From: an uncultured virus (IMG/VR IMGVR_UViG_3300010885_060749)
Lineage: Duplodnaviria; Heunggongvirae; Uroviricota; Caudoviricetes
Virus record (IMG/VR): IMGVR_UViG_3300010885_060749
Length of the DNA: 64,000 nucleotides
Strand: one strand, 5' to 3'
In this document: in pieces, positions 1 to 10,265 of the stretch
How positions within the stretch are numbered: the first letter of the stretch is position 1
Layout of the letters: every line of letters starts with the position of its first letter
Program-made: the position numbers and the translations under genes
Notes under the pieces: model-generated
Seen by the model: the letters and a program-made list of their open reading frames with translations, nothing else
Told to the model about the DNA's origin: nothing
Database searches by the model: none

Positions 1-589
1 TACCAAGCGCGTTCTCTGCGGAGGACTTGTTAGCGACGGGAGCTCCGTCAAGAACACCAGTCGTGTAAAATCTCATCGCGAATGTTTCACGCTTGATCTT
101 GTCACGAGCAAACAGTCGCTTGAAGTCTAGAAACAGCGCGTTGTCGATCCTGTCCGCGGAGGTCAGGGTCGGGTCGGTCGAGACCTGGAACGGTGAATAA
201 AAAGCCTGCGAAGAGTCACCGAGAAGCTTTCCGGCGTGCTGCCTGTACACGTCAATCTTCTCTCTCATCTGCATTGATGAGCTTGGAAACTGGAGCTTCC
301 CTGCTGTGTCCTCACCAATTTTTATGTTCTGAACGGTCGACCCTGAGTACCAGAGTCCCACCGACATGTCGAACATCGGATTTGCGGTCTGCAGCGCGTA
401 ATCCTGGTCGTAAACTGTCTGAAACAACGAGGCAGTAACGCTTGTCGCTCCCGAGCCTGTGACGAAAACTTGATAAGAGCGGCGGCTCGCTGAACCAGAC
501 ACGTCCTCTTGAATTATATCAACGAGTTGGTTCAGGGCAGACTTGCTAGTCTTGACATCTGCAGCTGAAATTTCTTTAAAGGTCGCCAT
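1..589 (-). CDS. Probable virion structural protein, partial (runs off left edge)
   Basis: Not in the ORF track. Read by hand: ATG at 589 after a GAGGA SD, MATFKEISAADVKTSKSALNQLVDIIQEDVSGSASRRSYQVFVTGSG..., open to the window edge; continues the structural operon. Confidence 0.75.
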   Translation of the reverse strand, partial: MATFKEISAADVKTSKSALNQLVDIIQEDVSGSASRRSYQVFVTGSGATSVTASLFQTVYDQDYALQTANPMFDMSVGLWYSGSTVQNIKIGEDTAGKLQFPSSSMQMREKIDVYRQHAGKLLGDSSQAFYSPFQVSTDPTLTSADRIDNALFLDFKRLFARDKIKRETFAMRFYTTGVLDGAPVANKSSAENALG

Positions 590-600
590 TTATTTCCTCG

Positions 601-1311
601 TTACTGTGAGATCTGCACTTCGAATTCTTTCGTGGCACCGGATTGCAGTCCCGTGACGCTCACCACTGTCGTAATGATCGATTTATTACTTGAGTTGCCG
701 TACACAGTAAACTGCGTGTCAGTGATGGAGCGAACAGCGAGCGGAAGAACTATTGAAGATCCTCCAGCTGCTGTTTCCCCTGAAGCTCTGAGGAGTATGT
801 ACGTAGCGACGCCGTCCTTGTCGATAGTGTCGGGAGTGAAACCCGTCAAGCTTACAAATTGATTGGCCATCTTGACGATGTAAGCTTGATCTCTAAGCTC
901 AGGATCGATTAACGATTCTCCCGAGATTGTCTGTGTCAGGGTTACCGACCTCGAGGAGCCAGATCCTGTCCTTGTCATCGCGATGAGCGTGCCTGTTGAG
1001 TCAAGTCCATCGCTCGTGAGAGAAACTTTGGGCATTCTCACGAGATTGGGATTTGAGACCGAGACGGATCTAAACTTTAGAGCGAGGTTGGCGTTTGTCT
1101 GAGCTTCGAATACAGGTGTATTCTTCTCAATTTTCTCCTTACCGACAGTTCTTCCGAACTTTCGGATCATCGTGTAGTCAACCTCATCGTCTCCAAGAGC
1201 AAACTTCACGATAGAGAAGCTTCCATCATTTCTCGCGAGAAATTCGCGACCGATGTCAGTTAGTACGGCATCGACAATGATGTTGTTAGTAGAATGGTCC
1301 AGATATCCCAT
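601..1311 (-). CDS. Tail/baseplate-associated structural protein with collar-like N-terminal motif
   Basis: DAVLTDIGREFLA...FSIVKFALGDDE resembles the LTxxG..LA...I..FA.GD N-terminus of tail-collar/fibre attachment proteins; operon context. Confidence 0.6.
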   Translation of the reverse strand: MGYLDHSTNNIIVDAVLTDIGREFLARNDGSFSIVKFALGDDEVDYTMIRKFGRTVGKEKIEKNTPVFEAQTNANLALKFRSVSVSNPNLVRMPKVSLTSDGLDSTGTLIAMTRTGSGSSRSVTLTQTISGESLIDPELRDQAYIVKMANQFVSLTGFTPDTIDKDGVATYILLRASGETAAGGSSIVLPLAVRSITDTQFTVYGNSSNKSIITTVVSVTGLQSGATKEFEVQISQ

Positions 1312-1365
1312 GTTGTTTGTCCTAAGCTAGATATTAAAGTTTTTTAGACTCCGGATAAACTTTTT

Positions 1366-3144
1366 TCAGTCTTTACCGGAAGATCCGTCCTGGCGAAGAT
1401 TTCGAAGATCTTTAAGCGAAACATCAATGTTCGACTGAAGCTGCCTGTCGGTGTTTAACAGAGAGAACCTGTAAAGCCCACCTCGAGCATCAGTTTTTAG
1501 AAACTTCAAATCTTTGTTGTCTCGATCTTTCACCGCAAGGTACTCAGGATCGAAGAAAATTCTCATTTTCTCTGTTTTCGTTGACTTGACGCTATCCAAA
1601 CTCAGCTCTGCCTTCAGGTAAGTATTCGGATACTGCTTTGCTGCGCCCGACTCTGACACAAGAGATTTGATTAATCTGTTCTGAACTCTGTCGAACCTTA
1701 CCCTAAACTGAGCGCTGTAATTGGACGTCATCGCGTGAGCGTCTATTGAGCAAATCGCGTAGATGAAATCCGAGTCTTTATTAAACTCCGGCTCAACGTA
1801 GAAAGTGGTCGAAGATGTAAATTTCTTGATAAGGCTTTTGTCTATTGTCTCAGCAGAGGGTGTCTTTATGACCGAATCATCAAAATCGAGCTGAGCGATA
1901 AGCGAAAATGGCTCGTCTATCGTCTTTCGTCTAAAAACTTGCCAACCCTTGACGTCGCGCTGCGGATTGGACGGAAATGCCCAATTGATCTGAAGAGCAG
2001 CTCGCTGATAGTCCCAGTAGAAATTAAGGTCCGCTGGTGAGGGCGGGGGAACGTACTCCTCGGTCAAAATGGAAGAGAATGTTGAGGGTCTTGAAGCGAC
2101 AAGAAATTTTGACTTCTGGAGTCTTGAATTTTCGTCGACTGCCGTTACGAAGAAAGCAGCGACCGACCTAACGCTGTAGACATACTGTACTCCATATCTG
2201 ATATTGAGATCTTTGTAATTACAAATTCTAGGATTTGAGATGTAGAAGGTTCGCTTTGAGCCGATGCGGTCTCCAGAGCCTATCTCGAATCTCTCTATCA
2301 TATAGCCCAGATGCTGCACTTTCTCGATATTCGAGGTTGCCTCTGTGGGAATGTCTTGTATGGATGGCATCTCGATTTCTGTCTCTGAGTCGTTTACCAT
2401 CTTGCTACGTCTTTTTCTCATCTTACCGGTCATCATTCTCGAGTTATTTCTCACTTGAGAGCCGCATGATGAGACTGGTGAAACCGGTGTTTCTCTCGTA
2501 GAGTTCAGAAGAAAGTCGTTGTCGATAACAATCGCGAGCTGATCAGCAGCTGAAGCATCGACCGGTTCTACTTTCTTGTCTCCATCTATGAACAATGATC
2601 TGCTCTGCGATGCAAGGCTGAGAAATCTTTGCATCGAGTTTCCCTGCTGAGACAGAATCGTCGTGTCACCGTTTTGGTCAAGAGCTGAGGAAGCATTTGA
2701 GGCTCGGGACGTCATCAATTTCGCAGCGATGTCAGTGCTAGATCCGCTGGCAAGACCTCTTAGCCGCGCTGAGGATTCATATCTCTCACCGATCCTGTTG
2801 AGATAGTCAAAGTCCTGGAAATAAAGCATTGAAAAATCAGCGAGAATTTTCGATTCGTCAACAATTTCTAGCTTGTTGTCTTCGAGAAAGCTCTTCTGGT
2901 ATGCAAATTCAGTCGATCGTCGAGGATCAAAGCTGGATTTCTTCCAGCTAACGGTGACGTATCTCGGTATTTTTATGCTGATCTCGCGAGGCGTCAACGC
3001 CGACAAGGGCTTCTTAAGAAATGGCGGGTTATCATCAACGCGCTCGTCAGCTTCAAAAAAGTTATATGTGAACTTTACGATCGGCTTTGAGGGAACAGGA
3101 ACGTCGAAAATCTGAACGGGTCTGCTAGCGTAAGTCGGTTTCAT
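1366..3144 (-). CDS. Structural protein with FN3/Ig-like domains
   Basis: FN3-like patterns GYMIERFE...YKD..IRYGVQYVYSV and PPPSPADL...INW...VKGWQVFRR; 592 aa. Confidence 0.55.
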   Translation of the reverse strand: MKPTYASRPVQIFDVPVPSKPIVKFTYNFFEADERVDDNPPFLKKPLSALTPREISIKIPRYVTVSWKKSSFDPRRSTEFAYQKSFLEDNKLEIVDESKILADFSMLYFQDFDYLNRIGERYESSARLRGLASGSSTDIAAKLMTSRASNASSALDQNGDTTILSQQGNSMQRFLSLASQSRSLFIDGDKKVEPVDASAADQLAIVIDNDFLLNSTRETPVSPVSSCGSQVRNNSRMMTGKMRKRRSKMVNDSETEIEMPSIQDIPTEATSNIEKVQHLGYMIERFEIGSGDRIGSKRTFYISNPRICNYKDLNIRYGVQYVYSVRSVAAFFVTAVDENSRLQKSKFLVASRPSTFSSILTEEYVPPPSPADLNFYWDYQRAALQINWAFPSNPQRDVKGWQVFRRKTIDEPFSLIAQLDFDDSVIKTPSAETIDKSLIKKFTSSTTFYVEPEFNKDSDFIYAICSIDAHAMTSNYSAQFRVRFDRVQNRLIKSLVSESGAAKQYPNTYLKAELSLDSVKSTKTEKMRIFFDPEYLAVKDRDNKDLKFLKTDARGGLYRFSLLNTDRQLQSNIDVSLKDLRNLRQDGSSGKD

Positions 3145-6100
3145 TATCGCTGTATCCCCTTGCTAATTATGCTTTTCGAGATTTTGGAAGAATCCTGATT
3201 CTGAGATCCTGCTTTGATCTTCTTTTCAGACTTATCTTTTTGAGTAAGAACAGCTTTCGCTATCTTAAGCATTGAGCCTTCGGTCTTACTTGACGTGTGA
3301 GGTATGAATTGGCAAGAAATGTCTCCAACAGAGAATCCACCGTTTAAGGGATCTCTCGGTATCACCAGGGTCGAGCCGTTAGACTCGATTAGGTATCCGT
3401 TTTTTTGAAGAGATTTCAGCATGCTCTTTCCGACCTCTCCGTTTTTCTTAGTCGTCTCTTCTTTATCGACAGCGAAAGTATCAGGATCGACAGCGACAAG
3501 AACGACTCTGTCAAAAAGAGAGTTTGCAAGAAGACGATCGATCGGCTTCTCTTCTCTCATAAGATACGATGAGACTAAAGCGGCGATTAGCTCCTTGTCT
3601 CCAGTCGTTACGTCCTCAGCTTGATTCAGGTAGTCGATATCTCCAGTATCAAGCAGGAAAGAAGAAAGTTGAGCTGGGGTTGGAAGGACGAGATCTGTCA
3701 ATTTCTGCTGGGAGACCGAATTGAGCGCAGCGAGAGCGGTCGACAAAACGGTGTCTTTCACGTCTAGCGTGACAGATTCATCGAAAACTAATCCTGTCGT
3801 CTTATAGAGGTAGCTTTCCATGAGATATGAAAACGTCGCATTTTTGACTATTTCATCTATCTGCTTCGATGTGAGATCCTTGTATCTTGAATTTGAAGCG
3901 AAGTCCTGATAGCTAAGCGTTTCAGACCCCTCACGAGAGTAGAGCTTGTAGCTTATTCTTTTGGCAATCTCGAGCGATCGATCAGAAGTTGAGGAAGTTT
4001 TTGATCTTCTGTAAGTGTCGAATGATCCTGGAACAACGTAAAGCTGCGGATCGAACAGGAATATTTTCTCTTTGAAAATCAGATCATCAAGCTCGTGGTC
4101 ACGACGGTGTACGACCATCTCGACCATTCCCGTATAATTCTGCTGGCCCAAGTCTGGGTCTCTGTACTTTTTGCTGTTGTCAATTGTTCCAGCTGGAATA
4201 GCCGCTGCGATCAGCCTGATATTTTCCGATGATCTGTCAGAGAACTGTGGAGCTGTTAGCAACGATTTGAGAGCGATGGATTCAGGAAGCGAGAAAGCAA
4301 ATTTCGCGGGTAGATAACCCGATTTTTCGATGGGTCTGTACTTGTCGAGAAGAGACCTACGATAAACGATTTGCTGAGTTGTTAAACTCGACATCATCTC
4401 CCTTCCTTTCGGGGTGTCGAGCACGTCTTTACGTGATGAAGTTTCAAGTATATTCGAGAATGCATCGATAAGATCATTCTTCGAATTTTGCATTACTTTC
4501 GAGAATGCAGTGAGGTAAGCCACAGAATTCTGGTAAGATGAGACGTCAGATCTCAAGTAGCTTAGAGCTTCGCTTGCGAGAGTTGCTGAGCTGAACTGAA
4601 AGAGTTTTGTCTCGCTCTCCGTCATGTCAGATGTCAAAAGCGTTAGCTCTTCTCTGTAATCTTTGATCAAATTCGAAGAGAATCCGATCACCGCCATCTC
4701 GTTTCCCTTCAAAAACGCGTCGAGAGCATCAGCTATATCTCCGCTGTTGACAGCATTAACAAACTCCTGAATTCTTCCTTGCGGTGTCTTGTAAGATCTA
4801 GCGACACTGATTCCAAGCGGAGCTGAAAGAACAACAAAGCATCTTACGATCATGGCGAGAAGTCCGAACTCGTCAAAACCTCCGTAGAGAGTTCTTCCCA
4901 AAGCGTCCGTCATCTTTTCACCGTCTGGTAAACGCTTTTCAGCTTTCTGAACTATTTCATCGTAAGCTTTGACGATAAATGACCAGAAAGTTCCGCTCGT
5001 CTTTTTCATAGCATCTTCGTAGTATTTAGCGATGACTTTTTCTTCAGTGTAGGGAGGAGTTCTCGCAGCTTGAGCTCTTAGATCCCTAATGTAAGATTTG
5101 ACAGAATCGATTTGCTTGTTTATCCGATCTGTTGCAATTTTAAGATCATCTTTGTCTTCAATGGTTAAGACAAAATCAGTCTTAAAGCTTTCGAGATTTT
5201 TCACGAGAGCAGTCGCGATAGTCGCTCTTTGGTTTAACTCTTCGCCAGTGAGCTGATCTGATCCTGCAATCAATCTCATGAAGGCGAGCATTAAGCCCGA
5301 CATGTCAGCGCTTGGGGGCGAACCTCCGGCGGTCCTGGTGATAGTTCTGGTCGTTGGAGTGTCCGATTTGTTCTCAGTTTGAGTTGTCGTCGGAACGGCA
5401 TCGCTCTTCAAACTTTCGCTTTTTTCTGAAACTTTCGCAGTGACCAGCTTTGTTGTGGTCGTTGCGTCCTCACCCGTACCGGTGCCAGATCGTGATTTTA
5501 CTTTGTAGTATTTGATTCTGCCGGCGATTCTTAAAATCTGATGGTTAAGCGATGCATTACTGTTTCCCGAATTTCCTGCTAGGCAAGTGTAAAGAAGCTG
5601 GTACTTTGAGCTTTCATCAGAACTTGCAAGACCAAGAGCTTCGTTGAAATTTGATAGTATCGTTCTAAAAACTTCTACAGTTGTTATCCCGTTAGTGGGA
5701 TCGAGAAGACCCAACATCTTTTCAGAATACGCTTCAATATCGAGACGACCTTCTTCGAATTTTGAGATGAAAGAATCTAGATCAGAGAATTTGTAATCTC
5801 CTGCCAGCAGCGGCTCTCTGATAAGAGCGGTTGGACCAGATTTGTAGTCTCTTTTCTCGGGTGCATCCTCAATTTCAACGGGAACGATCCAAGTCCCGTC
5901 AGAGCTCTTATACTGTAGCATTGAAAGAGCGATAAGGCTCGAGCTCGCAGAGTTCTTCTTAAAAGGAAGCGGATCTGCAACTTGTCCTCCGTTCGCAGCG
6001 GGTTTTGTCCCTTCGAACATTGAACCAAGATTCCCCATCTTGAATGAAAGCTTCTGAGCTAAGCTGTCCTGCTCGACTCTTACGATTCCAGTTGATATGC

Positions 6101-6956
6101 TTAGGGCTCTCGTAAGAATCTCTACAGGTTCTACTAGAGATCTAACCCCAGTACTGGAGAAATACTTCCAATATCTGCCACCGTCTATTCCAGATTCAAG
6201 ACCCGCTGGGTTTAGGTCCTTCACGTCTCTTCCCTGTCCCCATGAATCGAAAAGAACCCCGAATGGCTTCGTGTCAATTTTCGATCTGATCTTTTCGTTT
6301 AGAATCTTTTTGAGAGCGGTGGCGTTTCCACCTGTCGAAGAGAAAGTCTCTGATGGAAGAGGGGGATTAGGATCCGACAGAGTCGGTAACTTAACTAAGA
6401 TGCTGTCAATTTCGAACTTCCTTTCGGAAGCTGGAGTTTCATAGTCCCTAAGTTTCGACGTAAGGTAGTCTTGCCCAGCCTGCTGAATGTCTGGATCTCC
6501 GGGACGAATGAAGTCCAGAGACTTTATCGCCTGCTCAAGCTTCTCATCAATTCGAGCAAGATCTTCCACAAAATCATCGGCATCTTCTATCGCAGATTCT
6601 AGAGAAGTTTTAAGAGATGACCACTGGCCGCTGGTGTCTTTTTCGATGCATTTTGATGTTGCGTAAGAGACGTCATCGGTGGTGACAGAGTGAACGGCGT
6701 CCAACGCTTCGTAGTATCTCCCGTAAGGAGTAAGAAACCCACCGGGCTCATATACCCTATTGAAATCAGCGAGCGCAACAATCTCAGTTGGTTTCGATTC
6801 CTCGACTTTTTCGATGCTAACGTTAGTGTTACTGGATTGCTTGGAGAGGCTCAGACTTGAGGCTGCGATAGCAGTCACGCCGGTCGAAGACTTTATCGTA
6901 CCGGTAGCTGGGCTTGAGACCTTGACTCCCTTTCCTATTGCTGACTTAGGCGGCAC
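3144..6956 (-). CDS. Large hypothetical protein (1270 aa), probably virion-associated
   Basis: Long ORF, GTG start after AGGAGAGG, coupled to neighbours; largely helical with Ser/Thr-rich linkers; family not recognised. Confidence 0.6.
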   Translation of the reverse strand: MPPKSAIGKGVKVSSPATGTIKSSTGVTAIAASSLSLSKQSSNTNVSIEKVEESKPTEIVALADFNRVYEPGGFLTPYGRYYEALDAVHSVTTDDVSYATSKCIEKDTSGQWSSLKTSLESAIEDADDFVEDLARIDEKLEQAIKSLDFIRPGDPDIQQAGQDYLTSKLRDYETPASERKFEIDSILVKLPTLSDPNPPLPSETFSSTGGNATALKKILNEKIRSKIDTKPFGVLFDSWGQGRDVKDLNPAGLESGIDGGRYWKYFSSTGVRSLVEPVEILTRALSISTGIVRVEQDSLAQKLSFKMGNLGSMFEGTKPAANGGQVADPLPFKKNSASSSLIALSMLQYKSSDGTWIVPVEIEDAPEKRDYKSGPTALIREPLLAGDYKFSDLDSFISKFEEGRLDIEAYSEKMLGLLDPTNGITTVEVFRTILSNFNEALGLASSDESSKYQLLYTCLAGNSGNSNASLNHQILRIAGRIKYYKVKSRSGTGTGEDATTTTKLVTAKVSEKSESLKSDAVPTTTQTENKSDTPTTRTITRTAGGSPPSADMSGLMLAFMRLIAGSDQLTGEELNQRATIATALVKNLESFKTDFVLTIEDKDDLKIATDRINKQIDSVKSYIRDLRAQAARTPPYTEEKVIAKYYEDAMKKTSGTFWSFIVKAYDEIVQKAEKRLPDGEKMTDALGRTLYGGFDEFGLLAMIVRCFVVLSAPLGISVARSYKTPQGRIQEFVNAVNSGDIADALDAFLKGNEMAVIGFSSNLIKDYREELTLLTSDMTESETKLFQFSSATLASEALSYLRSDVSSYQNSVAYLTAFSKVMQNSKNDLIDAFSNILETSSRKDVLDTPKGREMMSSLTTQQIVYRRSLLDKYRPIEKSGYLPAKFAFSLPESIALKSLLTAPQFSDRSSENIRLIAAAIPAGTIDNSKKYRDPDLGQQNYTGMVEMVVHRRDHELDDLIFKEKIFLFDPQLYVVPGSFDTYRRSKTSSTSDRSLEIAKRISYKLYSREGSETLSYQDFASNSRYKDLTSKQIDEIVKNATFSYLMESYLYKTTGLVFDESVTLDVKDTVLSTALAALNSVSQQKLTDLVLPTPAQLSSFLLDTGDIDYLNQAEDVTTGDKELIAALVSSYLMREEKPIDRLLANSLFDRVVLVAVDPDTFAVDKEETTKKNGEVGKSMLKSLQKNGYLIESNGSTLVIPRDPLNGGFSVGDISCQFIPHTSSKTEGSMLKIAKAVLTQKDKSEKKIKAGSQNQDSSKISKSIISKGIQR

Positions 6957-9303
6957 TGTCCCTCTCCTTAACAGGACCGATCAATCGACCCTGCGAAAAA
7001 TTCTGAAAAATCGGTTGTATGTAGTAAGAAACGTCGTTTAACGAAGCTTTAAGTCTATCGTCAAGGTACACCATCGAATCGTTTCCAAAAAAGTGAAGAG
7101 CTCGAAGCGGAGCTAGCTTTCCATTATACTCGGCGAAGATGATTATGTGATCTATCTTCTGCAGTCCTTCGTTGACTTTCCACCTAACGACGTTTCCCCT
7201 AACAGTTTCTTCAACAGAGGGATCAGTTATGTCAGTATCGACGTGAGGGACAGTTACTATGACCTCACCCGTGAGCGCAGTCCTTCCCTGGATCATTTCA
7301 CTCGCGCTTCCAGCCGCTGGATCCAGCTTGAAGCTAGCTCTTGAAGTAACTCTTAATTGCTTAGAGTTCGAAGTTAGTGTCCCTTTTTTTAGAACAACCG
7401 GAGAATTAAATTTCTTCATTAAGACCGGATAGCTTTTTCCCGTTTCGAGGTCGTTTTTGCTAACGCTCGACTCTGAAAAGATTGTTCCAGGAGCTCTGAC
7501 AAGAAGGCGAAACTGGTAAATGTACTTTCTGCCACCGACAAGCGATGAAACGTTTGCTGCCCTTTGCGACCTTGAGTCATCTTGAAAAAGTCCAGTTTTG
7601 ACAACTCCGAAAGATTCATTCAACCCCGTAACAGTATCAAATCTAAGCATCTCGAGAGAGACTATTTTGTTAAAGAGCTCTTTGTTACTTTTGATCTCAT
7701 CAGTGTAGAGACTGTCAAGACCGGCGTCTATCAACGTGCCGTAAATGAGATCAAGAGACGCTTGGTTGGTGGGAGCGTCAACCTGAAATGACACGCTAAG
7801 AGATCCTGCGTCCCCAACCCTAAGAGAGTTTGAATAAAGTGAATAGCTCTCTTGATCCTCAATATCACCAGAAAAGTGAATGATGGCTCTATTTTGTGAT
7901 TCTCTCTCGTCTCCGTAGGAATCTATCATTACGATCTTATACTCGTAAATTGCAGAAACTCGACTTGGGACATCCTGAAATTCAATATTTGATGTTGTCT
8001 TGTCGAACTTTCTAAGACTTCCTCCTAAAACGTTCGAAAGATTTGTAAATGATGACTCATGAGTTGTCAGATTCTTTCTGATCAACCTGATCGCGATGAC
8101 TTCGGAGGGTATGTTAAAAACAGAAACTTTGACTGCGCCTGAAACTTCAGAAGCAAGCAAAGTTAGATTGTCAGGCTCAATTTTATTATTTTTAGACTTG
8201 ATACCTGGGGCTACAACGCTGGAAAATTCTCCTGATGAAATCGAAAGTTCGTTGAAAGGAATAACTCTATAAAGCGTTTTTTCTGACTGGCTGGGGCGAT
8301 CAGTGAATTGAATCTCTTCTCCAGGAAGCAACGGAATTGTCGTTATTTTCTTAAAAGTCTCTTCATCGTTTCCCGTGACTGACTTACGATAGACAGCGAT
8401 AGAATTGCTGTTCTTATCTTCCTGCTTGATCTTCATCACTCTGTAGTTTCCGACATTGGTGAGATGCAGGCGCGGAGCTTGAGTCGGTATTATGTGTTTC
8501 TCAAAAGCATCTCTAAAGTTCACCTTAAATTTGAGAACTTGGTTCCTCGAATCAACTTCAACTGTGTAATTTTTTAGTTGAAATTTTCTGATCTTCACAG
8601 TGAAAGGTATTTCTATCGTTGTTACGTCTTCCCCATCGAATGAAGATTTCACAGCGTTTCCAGAAATCTTGACGAGAGACGCACGAACTGATTCGAGCTT
8701 TTTATCAATCTTTGACATATCGGAAGTTGTTCGAACTCCACGAACAGAGCTGAGAATAGGAGCGTGAAAAGACGCAGAATTTATTTCTTGAGCTGGGTCC
8801 TTTGTTTTTCTATGAAGAAGGTCGAGGTACGACGACTTTAGAGAAAGATCAACCTCGACATCTGAGTGTTTCGAAGAGTCAAGATTTGAAACGCTCTTGC
8901 TTTCAAGAGATGAATTGCTTTCTGACTTCAGTCTCTTTTTACGACGAACAGGTCCGCCAGCAAGTATCTTAGCGATCTTGTCATTGGGAATCTGCTTGCT
9001 AAGATCAACTACTCCCTTAAAAATCGCCCTTGATATCTCTGAGATAGCAGACTTTTTCTTTGAAGCAGATCTGTGAAAAGAAGAGCTTGCTTCAAGAGCT
9101 TTTAGCTTAAGCTTCGGAGGATCGAGCTTTCTCTCATCGTACACTCTAAAGTTGCAAGTTGTCACTTTCTCTTCGATAGCAGCCTCTGGGTCGATCTCAA
9201 AGAAAACTTGAAAGAAAACAATGTCATCTTCGATTCTCATGACCTCAGCTGGCCTTGAGCTGACTGACATGATCTGCTTCTTTGGCTTCGACTTAATCTT
9301 CAC
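6946..9303 (-). CDS. Structural protein with FN3/Ig-like repeats (785 aa)
   Basis: Repeated VYRK...FTD...YRV and LIRK...FQD...YEYKI patterns; operon context. Confidence 0.55.
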   Translation of the reverse strand: MKIKSKPKKQIMSVSSRPAEVMRIEDDIVFFQVFFEIDPEAAIEEKVTTCNFRVYDERKLDPPKLKLKALEASSSFHRSASKKKSAISEISRAIFKGVVDLSKQIPNDKIAKILAGGPVRRKKRLKSESNSSLESKSVSNLDSSKHSDVEVDLSLKSSYLDLLHRKTKDPAQEINSASFHAPILSSVRGVRTTSDMSKIDKKLESVRASLVKISGNAVKSSFDGEDVTTIEIPFTVKIRKFQLKNYTVEVDSRNQVLKFKVNFRDAFEKHIIPTQAPRLHLTNVGNYRVMKIKQEDKNSNSIAVYRKSVTGNDEETFKKITTIPLLPGEEIQFTDRPSQSEKTLYRVIPFNELSISSGEFSSVVAPGIKSKNNKIEPDNLTLLASEVSGAVKVSVFNIPSEVIAIRLIRKNLTTHESSFTNLSNVLGGSLRKFDKTTSNIEFQDVPSRVSAIYEYKIVMIDSYGDERESQNRAIIHFSGDIEDQESYSLYSNSLRVGDAGSLSVSFQVDAPTNQASLDLIYGTLIDAGLDSLYTDEIKSNKELFNKIVSLEMLRFDTVTGLNESFGVVKTGLFQDDSRSQRAANVSSLVGGRKYIYQFRLLVRAPGTIFSESSVSKNDLETGKSYPVLMKKFNSPVVLKKGTLTSNSKQLRVTSRASFKLDPAAGSASEMIQGRTALTGEVIVTVPHVDTDITDPSVEETVRGNVVRWKVNEGLQKIDHIIIFAEYNGKLAPLRALHFFGNDSMVYLDDRLKASLNDVSYYIQPIFQNFSQGRLIGPVKERDSAA

Positions 9304-9305
9304 TT

Positions 9306-10220
9306 TTAGTCCATCTCTAGTGTAAAAATATTGATGAAAGTAGGATTACCAAACCCATCTCGTAGTATCTTTCCCGCGAAGAGCGTTCTTACCATTTTCG
9401 ACTTGTCTTTTGTCGAAGGGCGTGAACCGTAATCTATCACGTCCAGCTTTATCATCCCGTCGTCGCCAGACAGCTCGAACACTTGCATGATGAAGTTATT
9501 TTCGATTGAAGTCTGAACAAATTCAACATCAGCAAACTCAAGCAAGCTCAATCTCTTCTCAAGCTCTTGAACATTGGTTCCCAAAGTTTCGTTTGTATTT
9601 GGAAACTTTCCGATCTCTTTTCCCGCAAGGACACCTGAGCTGTTAACGGGAGGAAGGTACTTGAAGTTCTGAAGCTTTGAAAGTCGTACATCATCGCTTA
9701 GATTCTCAATATCATCGAGTACGGCAACTTTTACGTCCTTCGAGCTAAACGGAAATTCTTCACGAATTGAGAAGGTTATAGAAGCACGAGAGAGTGTGAA
9801 ACCCTGCTCATCATCAAGAGGATCGTCAGTTCCGATGACCTGCAGGTTGTTCCAACTCTCAAGGATCGCTTTCGAGATCGCCTCAGCAGATCCTGAAACG
9901 TTAGACTCTTCTCTAACAGACCCAGAGAGGATAAGATTCTTTCCGGAAGCCGCGAAAGAATCAGCCCTGTATGGGACCAGGAACCCAGAGTCGTCGGTCT
10001 CGAAAGTTATGAGATCCGAAGGAAGGTCTGACGGAGCCTCAAAGTAGATCCTACCCGTCGGGTCCTCTATCACTCCGTCCTCGTCTCCGGAGTAGAACGC
10101 ACCGATGTCGGTGAACGTCGCGTACTCGATCTTCATCTGACCGCTCGCGAGTTGGCGACGACCCTGCTCGGTGATCACCACGTCCATTATCCTTGACTTC
10201 GAATCGAGTATGCCAGCCAT
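9306..10220 (-). CDS. Structural protein, N-terminal paralog of 601..1311
   Basis: MAGILDSKSRIMDVVITEQGRRQLA..MKIEYATFTD aligns by eye with MGYLDHSTNNIIVDAVLTDIGREFLA...IVKFALGD. Confidence 0.6.
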   Translation of the reverse strand: MAGILDSKSRIMDVVITEQGRRQLASGQMKIEYATFTDIGAFYSGDEDGVIEDPTGRIYFEAPSDLPSDLITFETDDSGFLVPYRADSFAASGKNLILSGSVREESNVSGSAEAISKAILESWNNLQVIGTDDPLDDEQGFTLSRASITFSIREEFPFSSKDVKVAVLDDIENLSDDVRLSKLQNFKYLPPVNSSGVLAGKEIGKFPNTNETLGTNVQELEKRLSLLEFADVEFVQTSIENNFIMQVFELSGDDGMIKLDVIDYGSRPSTKDKSKMVRTLFAGKILRDGFGNPTFINIFTLEMD

Positions 10221-10239
10221 CTATTGGTACCGCCAACTC

Positions 10240-10245
10240 TAATTA
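10240..10245 (-). promoter_or_regulatory. Candidate late-promoter motif TAATTA(GAG)
   Basis: One of several TAnTTA copies in short intergenic gaps upstream of minus-strand genes. Confidence 0.5.
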
Positions 10246-10265
10246 TCGGTGAGAGCAGTTCTCAG

